NCBI GenBank assembly: GCA_965235115.1
Contig: OZ249437.1
Span: 46,810,001 to 46,874,000, forward strand
Source: Laetmonice hystrix
Lineage: Eukaryota
Direction: 5' to 3'
DNA length: 64,000 bases
Shown here: piece after piece, positions 1 through 12,153 of the stretch
Layout of the letters: each line of letters opens with the position of its first letter
Numbering within the stretch: position 1 is the first letter of the stretch
Made by a program: the position numbers and the translations under genes
The notes under the pieces: model-generated
Seen by the model: only the letters and a program-made list of their open reading frames with translations
Told to the model about the DNA's origin: nothing
Database searches by the model: none

Positions 1-293
1 GAGTTGGGATCATCCAACCCCGACTTGGACGTTCATTTGATAAGTAACCAATCAGGGGAGAGCGTTATCGTCATTGACCAATCGTATAGTTTGTCTGTGC
101 CAACCAACACTGCGACACGGCACAGCAGAGTTTGTAAGCAGCTGGTCGAGAGTCATGGCACGTCACACTTTTGTAACCAGCTTGTCCTAGGGACATGCAT
201 GGCACGACAGTTTTTGACCAGCTGGTCCAGGACATGGCACGGCACAATTTGTAAGCAGCTGGCCCAAGGACAGTCACAGCGATTACTATTTTC
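1..293 (-). other. eya: Proximal 3'UTR of eya, continuing beyond the window start
   Basis: Lies directly after the TAG stop (296-294). No AATAAA on the minus strand within 1-293. Confidence 0.75.
117..280. repeat. Degenerate 35-44 bp tandem repeat, about 4 copies, in the 3'UTR
   Basis: TTTGTAAGCAGCTGG...CATGGCAC-like units start near 131, 170, 211 and 248. Confidence 0.7.
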
Positions 294-374
294 CTAGAGG
301 TAGCCGAGGTCCAGTGCATGATGTAAGGCCGCCAAGTCGGAATGGTTCGATATCCTCCAGAATGGCCAATTCAT
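294..374 (-). CDS. eya: eya exon 17 (last): [26 protein letters not shown]
   Basis: Acceptor tttcag at 377-375, phase 0, TAG stop; canonical Eya C-terminus. Confidence 0.97.
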   Translation of the reverse strand: MNWPFWRISNHSDLAALHHALDLGYL

Positions 375-1625
375 CTGAAACACATCAAATTGTAAACCAG
401 AATGAACGAAATGCTTGACCAAATGACTCCAACTTTATTTACATGTATAGTATTAAATGTTGCACGCTAGGACGTGTTCAGATTTGTCAAAATGTTCCCA
501 CGCATTAACTTCTTGGCAAATGTCATCAATCCGTATTTTTATCATGGCAAGTTTACACAATCTTAATTAGTCACAATTGAGCTGACAATATGTTGTATAT
601 ATATGGACACATTATCTAAAGGACAACATGTGTACACATGAGGTGCTTCCCGAACAGGGCGGTGAACACAGTGTCCTGAGAATTCTTTATAAATACAACA
701 CCCGCACTAACTGGTGTGGCCCACTCAAACTTTACAAACTAAACTCAAACACACTGCTACCCGACGGTTTGCGCGGGTAACTTGTCTAGGTATCTAGTGG
801 CGACAGAAAAAGGGTTTAAGAGCAATGCAGGCAACGTGTAAATCTGTCACTGCGCATGGGTGCAGCACAATCAGGCTTCTTCTACATGTATGTATGATGT
901 ATGTATGTGTGAACTCACATGCTTCCGTAGCATTGGTAGTACAAGGAAAAGGTTAAGCACAGACAAAACAGTTTGAACAGGACGCAAGACATAGTGTAAT
1001 ATGTATAATTAACTCAACCCCTCCCCATTTCTTAACAACCCCCCAGAGGCTCTCTGATTCCCTCATTGTCCATCAGGGTTAATAAAATTGTCACTGGTGG
1101 GGACGTTTAGCTGGCCACAGTCCACAGGTAGCCAGCGACCTCTGTCGGCATCCGCCACACCAAGCGATGGAATAAAGAGGGCTTGAACACAGTGCTTGCT
1201 GTGCCACTCCCCCAACCACCCCTCACCCCCACCCCCACCCCCACCCCCACCCCCGCCCGGCCCAGCCTATACAGCCTAACCCCAGCTGTACTGTCCCTAG
1301 ACTCCCACAGAAACCAAATCACGAGGTGCTGGAAAAGCGATCCTATCGCGGGGTGTTGGTAACCCAAAAAGCGCTGGTTTTAAAGCAAACAGATTTAAGC
1401 GATCCAGCTGAGTAGTTCAAAGGTGCAGCAACAACGCTGTAGCCCCGTGCTGCCCGCCTCCCTTTGATAGTCCCACTCGTTGCTTTCCCAATATTCGGCG
1501 TGTTTATGCAAGTCTGACTCTGTACGGCTACAGTTTCCCACCAGCCACTGGCCGGGCCGTTTTGTTTGGATTTCCACAATGTACACAAACTGCATGCTTC
1601 CTTCCCGACCCGCAACCTTTCTGGT

Positions 1626-2123
1626 CCACTCGCCGCAGGATTCACTCCCCTTCCTCCAGTCTCAATCAAACCACTCGCTGCAGGATTCACTCCCCCTCCT
1701 CCAGTCTCAATCAAACCACTCGCTGCAGGATTCACTCCCCTTCCTCCAGTCTCAATCAAACCACTCGCTGCAGGATTCACTCCCCCTCCTCCAGTCTCAA
1801 TCAAACCACTCGCTGCAGGATTCACCCCCCGTCCTCCAGTCTCAATCAAACCACTCGCTGCAGGATTCACTCCCCTTCCTCCAGTCTCAATCAAACCACT
1901 CGCTGCAGGATTCACTCCCCTTCCTCCAGTCTCAATCAAACCACTCGCTGCAGGATTCACTCCCTTCCTCCAGTCTCACTCAATCAAACCACTCGCTGCA
2001 GGATTCACTCCCCTTCCTCCAGTCTCAATCAAACCACTCGCCGCAGGATTCACTCCCCTTCCTCCAGTCTCAATCAAACCACTCGCTGCAGGATTCACTC
2101 CCCTCCCTCCAGTCCCAATCAAA
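1626..2123. repeat. 45-bp minisatellite, about 11 copies
   Basis: Unit CCACTCGCTGCAGGATTCACTCCCCTTCCTCCAGTCTCAATCAAA; accounts for the repetitive ORFs at 1343-2504. Confidence 0.97.
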
Positions 2124-2525
2124 CATCAATTTCCAACTTGCAGCGTCACGGTAATAAGGCTGAGAGATATAAGTGACGGAGTTGTTGGAACCTGCTGGGG
2201 TTCACCATCAACTCTAACCCTGACGACGTCAAGGTATAACACATGTACTCGGATCGGGAGGACACGCCGAGAGCGGCCCCAGGGGGTGTTCCCAGATTGG
2301 CAACAATTCAGCCAATCTGGTACTACTTATACAAACAAACTCTCATTTCTTCATCTGATCATAAATGTTGGCGGTTTGTCTGTGGGCGTTGAAGCCGGGA
2401 GGATAGCCGCCGGTCCACACAGTCTCTGTGAACCCGAGGTGGCTATAATTACTGAACCTCTTTCCCTGTGTGCTGATAGAAACCTGATTGAAACCCCAGA
2501 TTAAGTTCGTCATCCGTGAACGTAC

Positions 2526-2626
2526 CTGTTTTGCCGCTGCCTCCTCGTCTCTGCCGTCCCCAACCACAACATACGTACACTTGCGTCCAAACCGAGACAC
2601 AATTCTTTCAAAACAGCTCTCTTTGC
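2526..2626 (-). CDS. eya: eya exon 16: (G)[36 protein letters not shown] motifs III/IV
   Basis: tttcag acceptor, CAG|GTACGT donor, 101 nt, phase 1 to 0. Confidence 0.97.
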
Positions 2627-2715
2627 CTGAAAGAGAAACGATACCCTCATCATTGATATTGATCATTATATACAGATTCATTGTTAACCGCCTTCCCTTG
2701 GTCTCAGACAAGATC

Positions 2716-2891
2716 CGGATCCAGGCATGTTTTAAGGGTGTGGGGCTAACCATCGCACAAAAACATATTATTATGAGGCCGATGTCTAAAACATATGATA
2801 AATATTATCATAATTGGACGAGATAAGTCGGAATAACATGGTTTAGGGGGGGGGGCTGGTGCTCCCTTAAGTCCCCTTGGATCCGCCACTG
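2716..2891. mobile_element. Possible MITE-like remnant with CGGATCCA/TGGATCCG inverted ends and an internal G run
   Basis: CGGATCCA at 2716-2723 and TGGATCCG at 2878-2885, plus a third CGGATCCA at 2944. No TSD identified. Confidence 0.3.
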
Positions 2892-3088
2892 ACAGACCTG
2901 TCGCAGAAGTGTTTTATTAGCGAGTTATCCGTATAACGTTGATCGGATCCAGAGGTGGTAGTTTTAGGGACGACACAAACTTTACTTCAGTTTAGAGGTA
3001 GAGAGACACTTGTATCATTTGTCGGGATGTTGGCACTTGCCGTCTGGGTCCCCTGACGGTCGGTACCTCGGCAGGGATCGGTACGTAC

Positions 3089-3210
3089 CTATTTTTGTGG
3101 CACTGTAGATGTTCTCTATGTTGAAGACCCCTCCGAGACCATAGAGCAGTACCTTGGCTAGGGCCGGTACGAGTTGGGTTGTCGTGACGAGTACGTTCAC
3201 ACACGTCGAC
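3089..3210 (-). CDS. eya: eya exon 15: (R)[40 protein letters not shown](G), HAD motif II
   Basis: tttgcag acceptor, G|GTACGT donor, 122 nt, phase 2 to 1. Confidence 0.97.
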
Positions 3211-3728
3211 CTGCAAACATTCAATAATCCACCAGTCAGACTTCCTGTCAACCTCGGCACGCACCAGTCAAACTAACCGTCAAATCAACCACCTAGGCCT
3301 AACCAAACGCACGCTATTTTCTCCTGTTTGGATTTCTTTCATTGAACATGTGTGATTGGTTAACGTTAAATTAAGAGGCTATCTCTTTGGTTCGTACATT
3401 GGGAAGTTTGGCAGTCGGGTGTTTGGTGAGGGGGCGGAGCTGGTCCCCCCCCCCAACCGCCCGGTCCCTATTAATATGCAGTTATGTGAGTGACCCGTCT
3501 GAAGCCAGCCCTGGGCCGGCCTCTGCCGTCGCCCCTGCTCCACCCCTGTCTGCCCCCTCCGATAAGGAAGCATCAGGTAGCCGCTCTCCACGACAACCTT
3601 ATCTCCGCCTGCCCCGACCCTTGGACCGACTTCATCTTCAGCCTGCCACATGCACCGCCTCCTGCTCACACCTTCGGGTGAGGTCTGGTCAGCTGTGGCG
3701 GGCCTTGACAGTCTGGGTTTAGGCCCGG

Positions 3729-3868
3729 CCCACCGTGACCCCCCAAACCTGCCCAGCCCACCGTGACCCCCCAAACCTGCCCAGCCCACCGTGACCCCCC
3801 AAACCTGCCCGGCCCACCATGACCCCCCAAACCTGCCCGGCCCACCGTGACCCCCCAAACCTTCCCAG
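3729..3868. repeat. 28-bp minisatellite, 5 copies
   Basis: Unit CCCACCGTGACCCCCCAAACCTGCCCAG. Confidence 0.95.
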
Positions 3869-4005
3869 CCATTCTTCGGCTATTAAACCTCCTGGCATAC
3901 TTTCTTGAACTGGGTTGTAGAATTGAGGTTTAATAAATTTATCTCTCTGGATATTTGACTTATATATAATTCCTTAGATGTAATGATGCAGAAAGTGAGA
4001 CTTAC

Positions 4006-4120
4006 CTTGAATTGATGATGGAGAGTGACTTGAGGGCTAGCGTTAGCCAAGAGTCTGTCATGGCTTCAATTTCTGACCGGAGTTGTAGCCACTGCTCCCT
4101 CTTCTGTGGCCCCAGCAAGC
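4006..4120 (-). CDS. eya: eya exon 14: (G)[37 protein letters not shown](R)
   Basis: tttcag acceptor, AG|GTAAGT donor, 115 nt, phase 1 to 2; absent from the ORF track. Confidence 0.96.
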
Positions 4121-4127
4121 CTGAAAC

Positions 4128-4640
4128 ATGGCACACTACACGGCTTGACTCCAGCAGTCAATATGGCACACTACACGGCATGGCTACAATCGTCAGTACG
4201 GCACACTACAAGGAATGCCTCGAGCAGTCAATATGGCACACTACGCGGCATGGGTCCAATCGTCAGTATGGCACACTACACGGAATGCCTCGAGCAGTCA
4301 ATATGGCACACTACACGGCATGGGTCGTCAGTATGGCACATTACACGGCTTGACTCGAGCAGTCAGTACGGCACACTACACGGAATGCCTCGAGCAGTCA
4401 ATATGGCACACTACACGGCATGGGTCCAATCGTCAGTATGGCACACTACACGGCATGGGTCCAATCGTCAGTATGGCACACAACACAGCATGGGTCGTCA
4501 GTATGGCACATTACACGGCTTGACTCGACCAGTCAGTATGGCACACTACACGGCATGGGTCCAATCGTCAGTATGGCACACTACACGGAATGACTCGAGC
4601 AGTCAATATGGCACACTACACGGCATGGCTACAATCGTCA
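4128..4640. repeat. About 35-bp (30-35) variant minisatellite, about 15 copies, abutting the exon 14 acceptor
   Basis: Core GTCA(G/A)TATGGCACACTACACGG followed by alternating tails (CATGGGTCCAATC / AATGCCTCGAGCA / CTTGACTCGAGCA). Confidence 0.95.
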
Positions 4641-5421
4641 ACAACCACTGTTTACAAACAACCAATGCCCGCAGTAACTCGCTTGTACCGGACAGGTCAC
4701 AAACCCAACACTTATCTCATTACTTTTACTGTGGTTGTTGTATCATTGTATGAGATATAGTCACTGCCTCAGGTTTGTCAGACCGGTAACAGCTAGGGGA
4801 ATGGACGAGGTTCAGGTATAGTGACGATTTCTAGGGGGTAAAACTCGTGCCCTTTTCCTGCTGAGATCAGTGTACCCTCACACAACCCGCACCCTTCAGA
4901 CCCCGACTACACAACACTGAGTCGACACCTGCAACAAGTCATAACATCCCCCCCCCCCCGTCCCCCCTCCGGCGGCGGCTGGCCAGGCCGGGAGGCGGCC
5001 ACCCTACACCCGGCCACTCGGCGGCGGTTCCCACTAATCCGGCATTGTTCACAGTTCTGTTTTGCCGACTGCCGTGACGGATGGCAAATGTTGGCTCGCA
5101 GTATGAATGTCATGACAGGAGGACGGGGGGGGGGGCGCTCATGCAACCCTCAGTACAGGACTCAAACCCTCAAACTGTGGTGTCTAGGTGTTCACCGACG
5201 ACGGGTTCATTATCTTTCTATTATATTATAATCAATTCCAATTAACCTAGTATTGGTTTGGTTGTTTTACTCCGCCACTGACATCAATACAATCATTACT
5301 GGACGAGTCTAACAGGAACGCTGGTTGACGAGACAAAGCTTTAGTTCACTCGTTCTCCACCAGATGGCTGTTGGCGCAGCCTCTAGCGGACAGATGTGGT
5401 AATAATTTGATAGAAACTCAC

Positions 5422-5582
5422 CCCCAACATTATTCCTATAGCTGCTGTAGATCTCCTTGATTCTCCTATATCTAAATGCTAGTTTGCGCATCCAGTCTAC
5501 ACCGCCGCGTACGCCGGTAGCTAGACACAGGTTGGCGTTCGTGGCCGCTGCATGGAACCCATCTGTGGCGAAGTTGTAAGTG
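5422..5582 (-). CDS. eya: eya exon 13: (S)[53 protein letters not shown](G)
   Basis: ttttacag acceptor, G|GTGAGT donor, 161 nt, phase 2 to 1. Confidence 0.97.
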
Positions 5583-6178
5583 CTGTAAAAACAAATGAAA
5601 TCCTGTAGAAACCAAGCCATTATATTACGGCATAAAACACGGCTACAGTTACTAAACCATGTGTTTCACTGAAACCGAACGAGAAATCCAAGAGGAGTAA
5701 CAGGCAATCAAAGCTTCAGTTTGTAAACCACACACGCCGACTTCTTTGTTTACTATTGATACTGAGTGAAGCACTAGTGCTGCTACTAAAATACTACTTT
5801 TTACAATTTACATGTTGTCCAATATAGGTTGAGAAGCTATACGCGTGGCTGACTGCGTGCTCGGAAAATGATTCCAGGTTTATGGTAGGGTGTGGGCCCA
5901 GGGTGTGGGCCCAGGGTGTATGTCTACTGATGAATGAGACTGATCACTTATAGAATGTCTGACTTCACCCTCACACCAGTCACTCACCAGACAGGTTCTC
6001 GTCTGGATCCACTTATCTCGGCTGTCAGACGGCTGACCGTTACATTCATTTCCATTACACGTCCACATGGCCCCGGACCCCAGGCTGGTGACGTGATTTA
6101 CGCTATATCTGAGATGTACCCCCTCAAACCTCTACCCGACTGCTGATGTTATGTCAGCCCCACCGAGCCCCGACTTAC

Positions 6179-6237
6179 CTTAGATCTTGGCCATTATCGT
6201 CCGATGATACATCGTCTATATGTACTTGATCACACTC
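6179..6237 (-). CDS. eya: eya exon 12: ECDQVHIDDVSSDDNGQDL(S)
   Basis: tttcag acceptor, AG|GTAAGT donor, 59 nt, phase 0 to 2. Confidence 0.97.
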
Positions 6238-7258
6238 CTGAAACACAGCACATTAAACAAATGAGTATCTACTACGTTAAATACCATACATTACATACAA
6301 ATGCGTGTTTTCAAAACATGACATGTGTTTTCAAGTGAAGAATTATTCTAACATATGTGTACGTCAACAAACGAGTAACTCGGTAGCCAAAAGATAAAAG
6401 TAGAACCTTCTGGACCGACTGAGAATGGCCGTGACAAATCAGGCCCAGGTGTCGCCAGTCTTTGACAGATTTCAGTCTGTGCACGGAATGCATGCAGCGT
6501 AATTTATTGATTTTTGGTTGTAGCATTAAATAAGCAGGTGTGTAGTTGGTCTGGTTGTAATGTCACAGTCAATGTAGCGCGACCACAACAACACACTCGC
6601 CTGTAGATAGGGGCAGGGGTCCATTGACGGCAGTGGCAGGAATTAATGGCATGTCACCGTGATAGCTGGGCCAGCACCCGGTGGTTAGTTTCGTCGTTCA
6701 TTCAGCCACTCGTAACAGTGGAGAAACACTCGGACCTGGCCTGCTCGACGTGTGCGACAAACAGATCATTGGACGACCAGCGACCGGTACTCTAAACAAA
6801 CCCACTCTAAACGACTAAACAATTCACCATCGACACTCGAGTGGTGTTCTACCAAATGGTTCCACTGCGCCATTCACTGACTGCTCCTTCAATGCGGGCG
6901 TTATCTTCGCCCCATTATGTATTAAACAACCATTTGCTCCTTTCCACGCCTGCAATTTGTCTGGAGACATTTACTGGCAGCAGTGAAGCTATTAGAAACG
7001 TCCACCAATCCGACTGGTTGGGTAAGCGTACAGTTTAGGATCTTCTATCTTAAAGTGCCTGGTCAGCTCATAGTATACGGGCGAGGAGGGGCGTGGTGTT
7101 TCCCTGGCGGGCGGGGAAACACCAAGTGCCCTTTTTTACACCCCTCTATAACCCTACCACAGTACCAGCGTTCTATCAGTCTCTGGCTGCCTGCTTTCTG
7201 TCAAACGGCCTCATTTAGGATGTCCTCGCTGGGTCTTCTCTATACAGGCTTTGAGCTC

Positions 7259-7398
7259 AGTCTGACTTATAATACAAGTAGCCATGACTGGGGAACTCAG
7301 ACTGACTTATACATGTGGCCATGACAGGGCGAACTCAGACCGACTTATACATGTGGCCATGACAGGGCGAACTCAGAACTCATGTGGCCATGACAGGG
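7259..7398. repeat. 38-bp tandem repeat, about 3.5 copies
   Basis: AACTCAGACCGACTTATACATGTGGCCATGACAGGGCG units at 7294, 7332 and 7370. Confidence 0.85.
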
Positions 7399-10300
7399 AC
7401 AGTTCCGAGTCTGACCCAGTATATGAGACACCCCCCCCCTCCCAGTACATTGGTGTATAACTCTGGTAGGGGACAGACACTACATGAACTTTGCCCTTAT
7501 TGTAAAGTTGGTGTGTTGCCCGGAGCAGTTGATGGCGGGTGTGGCGCGGCCGGTTACCGTTGGTGGGGCCCGGTGGATGACTGTCAGGTGTTGATGAACA
7601 CGTCCGCCAGTGTTTCTGGGCGGCGGCCGTCCTACCCAATCAGTGAATGTGTTCAGTGACCGGCCAGTAAGTCCAGCCCTTCCCGGTCACCAACAATTAA
7701 ATACACGCCCTCCCTATGCGCGCATGATTAGCGCCCCGTGTGTGCCACTTAGGGCCAGTTGGAGGGGGGCAGGGCACCGACTCTCTGGTCAAGTCACGGC
7801 CACAGAGCGCCACATTTTTCATGCCCAGTGGTTTAGAAAATTCAAACAGGGTCTGAAGTATGGGTTGGGCGAGCCCTGAGGCCGGTCCTGGTTTAGTGGT
7901 GGTGGGTAGGATGGGGGAGCTAACGGCAGACCTTGCGGCAGATCGACCATCTATCCTCCCATCTTCTATACAACATGTTACAGACATCGACCTGTCCGTT
8001 CAATCATCATCATCACTGCCCCATGTACGCGCCGCCACAACTACCAGGGTAATCCTGTTGCGCCTGGCATGCATGCATGATGTATGCCTTATGCACGCCT
8101 CCATTCCGACCGCTATGGTCTGCAGTCAAAATCACAGCCGGGTTCCATGGCGGCGTAAACCTTCCCATTCAACTCTCACTGCCAAAACAAACAGCGCACC
8201 TTGGATTTATAGACACAGCCCCCGAAATCTTCTGTCCCGAGTCCCACCCCAAACTTCAATAACCACTCAACGTTATAAATCACACATCCTTCTCCAATGG
8301 CCTCAGTGGCTCTTCTCGAAAAGACTGGAGTACGGATGTATGTATATAGCCGGTTGAGACAATGGGGCGGTGAGTTGTGATTCCTTCACTACATGATCGC
8401 CGTGTCTCGACATCCCTCAACATCTAAACACGACGCTCAGTCTAGTGTTTGCTGTATGTGTCTGTTAGGATATATTGACATGACACAATGACACCATTTG
8501 GTGGTGTATATAGCTTGGATACCACACCTGTTCCTCAACCATATCAAGTCGGCTCAGACCTACAGACGCCATGTGTAAACCCATGCACCCAACCTATACT
8601 CACCATGTCACAGGAATCGCTCGGTTCATTCATAAACTCCACTTTCCTTGCCCCGATTTGTCAGGTAAAAACATCTCACCGACCTTTTCTAACGAATTAT
8701 TTTCTTTATATTTTATTTTAATATCTAGACTAGCAGAGGGAATTATACGTTTTATTTCAAAAACAGGTCAAGAATTGTAGCTTTCAAGGATAGATAGTTT
8801 GGACATACAGGAAATGCCCCTGCCCAATGCTGACAGTATACACCGAGAGATTGGGAGGGGGGACTGTCTGCCCCATTATTTCTGGTGGTAAGCTCCAGTC
8901 TGCAGACTGTCACGGACTGAGATTTTGATTGTGGCCGAGTGTAGCTAGGTTTATATGTGTGTGTCGGTGAGCAATGGCTGGATGTGCGGTGTGTGTGTGG
9001 TATTTGTACAGTGGCAGGGCGGCCGGCTAGGGCCTTGTCACTCACAGCTCGAGCAGACAGATTGGCGCAGCAAGTCAAACACGGCTACCATCACTGTAGA
9101 ATACATAAGTACATGCCACAGTCGCTCACCCCCACACGGCTCGCCCCCTTTTTGTCGTTGGTGACCACTAGGGGGTAACAAACTTACCAGAAACCCAGTA
9201 CTTTCTACACCAAGGGGCAACACTGCTATTAAACATGTGTCAAATTTTAGTGGACCCGTTTCGGTTGTTGCATCGTGTATTAGCATTTTGTTTACATGCT
9301 GGACCTTTCATACGCGTCATGAAACACGGAGGTTCTATACAATAACTACATTATCATCTCTGTATGTTGTTGTCACTCTAAAAAACTACACATACATTTA
9401 GATATTACATTAGAGCCCCTGTCAAAGGGTTCTCATTCAATTAAGGAAATGAGGTTTTTTTCTCAATTGGTATGGAATCTGTAGAAGTGCTGAAGTCCAA
9501 CGGCACTACCTCTCCATTACACTCGTCAAACACTTCAGTCCATGCAAACTACATTCAATGAACCACGCTTTTAATGGAAGCAAACAAGACGCGTTTTTCC
9601 TGAGCTTTAACTCGGCCCCTGTCCACATGTTTGACGAATGCTCGGCCTGCCCGCCAGCTTCTATGGTGGTCGTATCTGATTGGATGTTAGCCTGCATTCA
9701 TCACCCAAAGTCACTTCCTAAACTGGGCGCAGCCCGCCCTGCACGGCCAACATCAATGCTGAGAGTAAATAAATTAGTTCGCTGCCAAAACATATGCATA
9801 ATATCTATGTAAATGCGAGGCCTTTCTAGGGGGATTGCGGGGTCCGTGAGTGTATTTTCCCAGCTCTGTTTGAGCAAGGGATTAGCAATGACAATATTGG
9901 CAGCGGCGACGTGACGAGCATGCAGCTTCCAACCAACCTCTTTCATCCATAATTGTCTCCTATCTGTACTGTAGGGAATGGTGCCCTGACAATGCCATCC
10001 TACCAACGAGCTAACAACGGCCTACCACCGCCTGCCCTCCTATACTACCCCGCTTCATGGGTTGGGGTAAGGCTGGTGGGCGGGGGGGGGGGGCTAACGT
10101 TTTCAAGACCAGAGTACGTTCATGGTTATCAGTTTCTTGATTGTTAGTCCACAGCCGACCAGTGCCTGTTGTAGGAGGCCGTTTGTGAGGTGGCACTGTC
10201 AAGTAGTCGACACTGGTGTTCAGGGTTCATTTAAAGTGCTTCTCTCCACCCGGCAGCTGGTGCCGTCTACCAGCGCACATGTCACCAACTTCTGACATGT

Positions 10301-11991
10301 GCGCCATAAAAAGCGCGCATGTTTGTTGGCAGGGCCGGGCAGTGGGGACCAGTGGGGACCCGCTACTTGAGGGGTAGCAAGAGTCTCCTAACCGGGCCTG
10401 GCCAGACAAGATGGCATCGAAACAATACTTTTGTTGGCGGAGAGAACAAAACACATGTTCTTGCACCCTCTGAATGATGGATGAGCGTTTGAGATGGCTG
10501 GCCTGTCTCCCACAAGGGTCCTTCCATGGCAGCCAAGTTGAACTGACTGAGACAGATACACTGATCTCACCACTGCCTCATCCTCTGACAACCATCTCCA
10601 CTACGACTGACTAACCCTCCCGACTCCCCCCTCCCGGCCCTTCTACAACTTCTACCAATACTACCTCCAACCAACTCAAACAAACCAATCCAACTAACCA
10701 AACCACTGGCCTGGCCTGACTTACTAACTAACTAACTTACAATCCAGCCCCCACCCCCAACATCTGTATGGACGACATGGCAAACTTGAGGTCGCCTCGG
10801 TCCCAATCACAGTTTGAAGTCGGCATCCTCGTCATGTTGCTCCCTGCCTGGCCTCAGTATTAATTTGCAGTCATGTATGCCTAATGACTCGGGGCCTGCA
10901 AACATGTGGACCCTAGCGAGGCCACCACCGGCCCAGCCGTCTAACAAAACCCAGGCAAATTCAAAGTGACATTCACTTGTCACGGTTTGCCTGGCCACAG
11001 TCGGCAAACTCGTTACTGAATGCAGATTCTTTAATACATGTTAGCACAACACCACGGCCGACTTTAATTCCTATCAGTGGAGGAAACGAAAGAACAATGC
11101 CTTTCTGGTGGCCACTGTTAATTGCATCTAACATCGACTACCCCGGTGCCAGCGTCACGAAACCTGCCCGCTGTGTGGGACACAGTGGCTAGGATTCATC
11201 CCGGTCTCCAGAAATCAATTGTTCAGCCGGGGGTGGGTGGGGGTACCTTCAGCCCGCCCATTTCTTCCCGCTGTGGGCGGCCGCTGCCAACCAGTCGACG
11301 TGATCAGAGAAATCACAAACCCACCACTCGGCTCACCTTGACGGCCCGTCGGTATAGCCCTTCGGTAGCGGGCCATCCTCGACTCCACCACCATTATGGC
11401 ACTAATTAACTGTCTGTAAATTCATTTTCCCAACTTCAATTTACCTTCGAAAATATCTATGTACTTAGCAGCAGGCGCAATGGGTGAGATATGTACCCTG
11501 GTGTTTGTTTCCTCATTCAAATTTATTCACGCCGGTCGCCAGGTGATGGTGTATGATCCTTGCCGTCGATAAGCCCCATTCTTGCTACTGTTTGTCCCTC
11601 GTTTTCCATTAGACGCGGCCATAGTTTGTGTTGATTCAAGAAAAAATCCATATGCACTGTCCCCGGTCTTAGTATGATGCAAATAAGGCTGTAAACTTTG
11701 GGCATCTCTCTATACTAGCCTGTCAGAATCAATGACGCTAGCCACCGCTCCCCTAATACTGATGACCACTGGCATGAGAAAATTAAGAGAACATCTTAAA
11801 TTTTTGGGAAGCAGATTGTGCCTGATAGGGCGAAAAGAGCGATAGCTTAATGGGACCAAACGTGTTTATCTTGGCCATTTATTAATTAGGGGCAGATGTT
11901 AGCGTTAAGTGAAGTTGATGTGTGTACACTATTGGCTGAGGTCCACGCTCACCCCCCGTCGGCCCGGACCTCCACAGTGGAGATACCATCA

Positions 11992-12141
<150 letters not shown>

Positions 12142-12153
12142 CTACAACAACAA

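Noticed and set aside
9187-9225. Strong minus-strand donor CTG|GTAAGT in intron 11
   Set aside because: The candidate exons (17 or 35 nt) are not multiples of 3, and the flanking Eya-domain exons join without a gap.
10590-10760. C/A-rich low-complexity tract with (CTAA)n; also (CCAGA)n near 25700-25820 and many G/C homopolymers
   Set aside because: Ordinary simple-sequence content, not telomeric TTAGGG/TTAGG arrays, and no specific function can be supported.
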